A stretch of 63,682 bases of DNA, filler included, from Sphacelaria rigidula (lineage: Eukaryota): NCBI GenBank assembly GCA_964200075.2. It is 9 parts of 9 records of this genome, joined end to end, with 100 filler letters (N's around TTAATTAATTAA, not from the genome) between each part and the next. Parts side by side here need not be neighbours in the genome. Positions count along the whole stretch, not along the records: positions 56,697 to 63,682 come from CAXNAA020017075.1; 8 more parts are not named here. One strand, written 5' to 3'. A program made the position numbers and the translations under genes. Within the stretch, counting starts at the first letter, position 1, and each line of letters starts with the position of its first letter. Positions 60,301 to 63,682 of the stretch are shown here, piece by piece. The notes under the pieces were generated by a model. The model was not told the DNA's origin and made no database searches. It saw only the letters and a list, made by a program, of their open reading frames with translations.

Positions 60301-62556
60301 CTCTAGGGAGTCATGCCGGGTGTTTCATGACCAAAATTGACATCGGCCACATCTCTAGAGCTCATGAACCCGGGTTCTGAAAAATAAGAGATGGAGGAAG
60401 ACAAACGAAGAAGCCACGAAGGGAAGCCGAATGGGTGCGCTCAATTCGCCGCCCACAAGGCGGTACGGGTGGATATTCTTTCTCGCTCATCAGTCTACTC
60501 TTTTTGTATTCTGCTTTTTGTTCTTAGCTTCCTCTATTTCTTCCTCTTGTGTCATCTTTGGTCTTTGTATTGGAGTGTTGGCGAAAACAACATGCATTCG
60601 TCTATTTAACATCTATCGTGATAGCCACTTGCCACCTTCTGGTCGCTGACCCCAATGCTTCAAAGCCAGCTGGCACCTGAAATCATGAAAACTATTATTT
60701 TCACCATCAAGCCTCGGAAATCACTAGGATTTTGGCCGGAGCTTGATAATATGACATTAGAGAAGGCAGGCTGGACTTCGAATTAGATATAGACATAATA
60801 CGTCTATCGGGAAGATAAAATCCGAAAGGCCTAGACCGCTAAACCTTACATGTAATGTTCGTTGTCTACAGCTATGCGAACTGCCCCGGCTCGCACCTTC
60901 ATTTACTCCGCATTGATATGCCTGTGCAGCTGTAATGCGCGTGCTACGCGACACGCTGCTGCTATTGGTGCGTACATGCATGTCAAGTACTGATATCTGC
61001 CGCAGTTGCGTGAATAGTCTGTACTGTTGCTCAGCGATGCTGGCTGCTTTGCACTATTGCTGTACCCTGCTGTGAACGGCATTGTTGTCTGTCGTCCATA
61101 CTGCCTCCACCTCTACTACTCTATGTGCTGTCTGTACCGCCAGCTGCACAGTGGTACTTGATTTCAGGTATTTTCGATAAATTTAAGCCCCTACTCCCAC
61201 GAACTTTGATTCCTCTTGACAGCATGTTTCTTTTCTCAACAAGATGGGCAGGAAGGGCACGTCTCTGAAAATTTTCGTTTGGCTTCACGTATATCTCGCA
61301 TCTGCGCAGCCTTTCGCAATGAATTCGTCGAGGGAAACATTATTTGTTGCGACATGCTCGTGCGTCTGGACTACAAGAAATGGCAGAAGCGTATTTCAGA
61401 CACCGCATTATTCTGTGATTGATCGGGAAGTCTGTGTTTTGTATCGTGTGTCACACTGTTGCATGTCATGTTCGCATACGAGTAGACATGACGTGGTCTG
61501 ACGCAAGTGCACGGCCGACTTTTAATCGAAAAGTTTTTATTACGTGGATCGTTTTCCATCTGTGCCATGGGAATCATGTTCCTTGGAGACTAATTGTCTG
61601 ACACAGATGCCCACCGTTCGCCACTCCAAACGGTGACTACACACAGCACCGACGTCGAACTTGAAACCACTGATGGCAATCTCTCTTTTTCGGAATACGA
61701 GGCTTCACTCGCTATTTCGTTAATAACCACCTTTTTCCAGGCCATGGAATGCTCCCTCCTCTTTCGATCATGCGCTCTCCTCATCGTTTCGCCAACAGGC
61801 ATACTGTACACCGACCTCTTCTACCCCACGCTAGCCACCCCCTCCGGCGTAAAGCATTCTACATGTTTTCAAACGCTGGGATCTCGTGACTTTTAGATTT
61901 TTTTCGTTATATCACGGGTCTGCCGGGGGAAAATGTTTGGACACGTGGCCCGCCCCCGCCGCTCCCCGCCGCCCCCTACCTCCCAGAGGGCAATTGTTCA
62001 AAACTGTCATGATTTTTTAATCATTGTTTTGGTTAAATATTGTTCAAGAAATGGATCAAGAAACACTGACGAAAACCAAGAAGTCTGTTGGGCTTTGCGA
62101 GGTTCGTATCTTTGCTTCTGCTCCCTGCCCGCTCTGTCCCGATGACCTTGGATGCCAGCCATGCTCACACTCATGTATGCACACGAGCGCACGGTAGCGA
62201 CAGCCTGTAGCAAAAGTAGCAACATCATCTCACGCATCGCCAAACTTGCGCGGACAACTGGTAGGTTCTCGAGGCACATTATACGGAACATGTACCATAA
62301 ACTGCCACTTGACAACAGAAAATCCCGGACCGACAACCACAATAGAGCTAGACATACAAAAACGTGAATGACCAATTTTGCTTTCCCCCATGAACACACA
62401 GGCTGGATATAGACATGATGTAACAGAGCTGGGATTTTTTCATCTCCTTCCTTTTCCTCACTCTGTGTTTTTCCCTTCCATTTCGTCTTTTTCTCCTCCC
62501 CTTTCCTCTTTATCTACATCGTTCCCTCTCTATTTTCTGTTTGTTTGTTTCTTTCG

Positions 62557-63165
62557 CTACCATAACACAGCCCGGACAAAAACATGAAGTAGAAAAGCGA
62601 ACCATCCCTTTTCTATAACGTACCATGACAAAGCCCGGACATGGTCATGAAATGAAGAAGCTAACCATCTGTTTTCTTCAACCTACCATAACACAGTCCG
62701 GGCGTAGACATGAAACAGAGAATAAAACTATGCTTTTTCTTTAAGCTACCATAACACAGCCCGGACATAGACATGGAATAACGAAGGTATCCATCCGTTT
62801 TCTTCAACCTACCATAACACAGCCCGGACATAGACATGAAATAGAGAAGCTAACCCTCGTTTTTCTTTTACCTGCCAAAACACAGCCCGGACAAACTCAT
62901 GGAATGAAGAAACTAAATCTGCTAATTATTTAACCTACCATAACACAGCCCGGACATAGACATGAAATAGAGAAGCTAACCCTCTTTTTTCAACCTACCA
63001 TAACACAGCCTGAACATAGACATGAAATAGAGAAGCTAACTCTGTTTTCCCTTTACCTTCCAGGACACAACCCGGATATAGACATGAAATCAAGAAGCTA
63101 ATCCTGTTTTTTCTTCAATCTATCACAATACAGCCCGAATACAGACATAAAATAGAAAGAAAAAC
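62557..63165 (+). repeat. minisatellite, ~10 units of 60-63 bp
   Basis: Consensus CTACCATAACACAGCCCGGACATAGACATGAAATAGAGAAGCTAACC(C/A)TC(T/C)GTTTTCTT(C/T)AAC; a degenerate unit lies near 62386. Confidence 0.93.
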
Positions 63166-63682
63166 ATATGAACTTTCCCATGCCAAGACGGGAAATAACC
63201 GAGATTCTTACCCCATATCGCACCAAAGGTAAGACAAGAACTAAGCCAGACCCTGAACATGTAAGTAATATTGTGAAGGTTGACCACCTTACATGCAACT
63301 CAAGAATACAACAGATAAAGCCAGTACGGAGAGGGTAGGTTTATCACCCCCTCTATGTTAAATGCACGTGGAAGTTGGGGTCTCGTGGTGAGATACCTGT
63401 GAAACCGCACCGGTTTTCAGCAGGCGGTGGAAGTCTGGTGAGCCATTTCCCTATATTTTCTGCCATTAGGTGCAAAAGGCGCCTAGTGAAGGGAAGGCGC
63501 GGACAATACATGACGTAAACGTCAAGACCCACTGCACTCATGAAACAAACGCTTTACCAATGACCGATCACATGACCTACGAGAAGAAGCACCAAGCGGT
63601 ACGTAGACTTCTTGAGATCTTGAAGGATAGAAGCTGGTACAAAGTGTGAGGGAACCGTTGGCCAAGCTTTCGGCAGCGAAGG

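Noticed and set aside
62557-63165. CRISPR array
   Set aside because: The would-be spacers are homologous to each other, the repeats are degenerate, there are no cas genes and the context is eukaryotic.

Overview
Eukaryotic nuclear DNA, most consistent with a brown alga (Phaeophyceae; inferred from short exons, long TE-filled introns and repeat types). The window is not one locus. It is nine length-sorted contigs (4 x 6988 bp, then 5 x 6986 bp) joined by artificial N44-TTAATTAATTAA-N44 linkers, so neighbourhood across linkers carries no meaning. Most six-frame ORFs are spurious; the real genes appear only after splicing. I reconstructed: one exon of an acetyl-CoA acetyltransferase (thiolase, contig 2), eight exons of a PHD-chromo-QLQ-PDZ-like chromatin protein (contig 5), four exons of urease (contig 6), the last four exons of an alpha-carbonic anhydrase (contig 7), a probable last exon of a TBL/PC-esterase-like protein (contig 8), and a lower-confidence orphan gene (contig 3). 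The remainder is dense repeat: tRNA-headed SINEs sharing a central domain, LINE remnants, and MITEs/foldbacks of several superfamily types, often nested. Best novelty candidates: (1) a TGT...ACA-bounded modular element at 8798-9979 built from ~80-bp palindromes, each two back-to-back tRNA-like Pol III heads, separated by spacers; (2) a non-LTR retroelement that ends at and duplicates poly-C tracts and lands just upstream of splice acceptors; (3) the PHD-chromo-QLQ-PDZ architecture; (4) a CORE-like domain shared by SINEs with different tRNA heads. No database searches were run; family names come from motif recognition.
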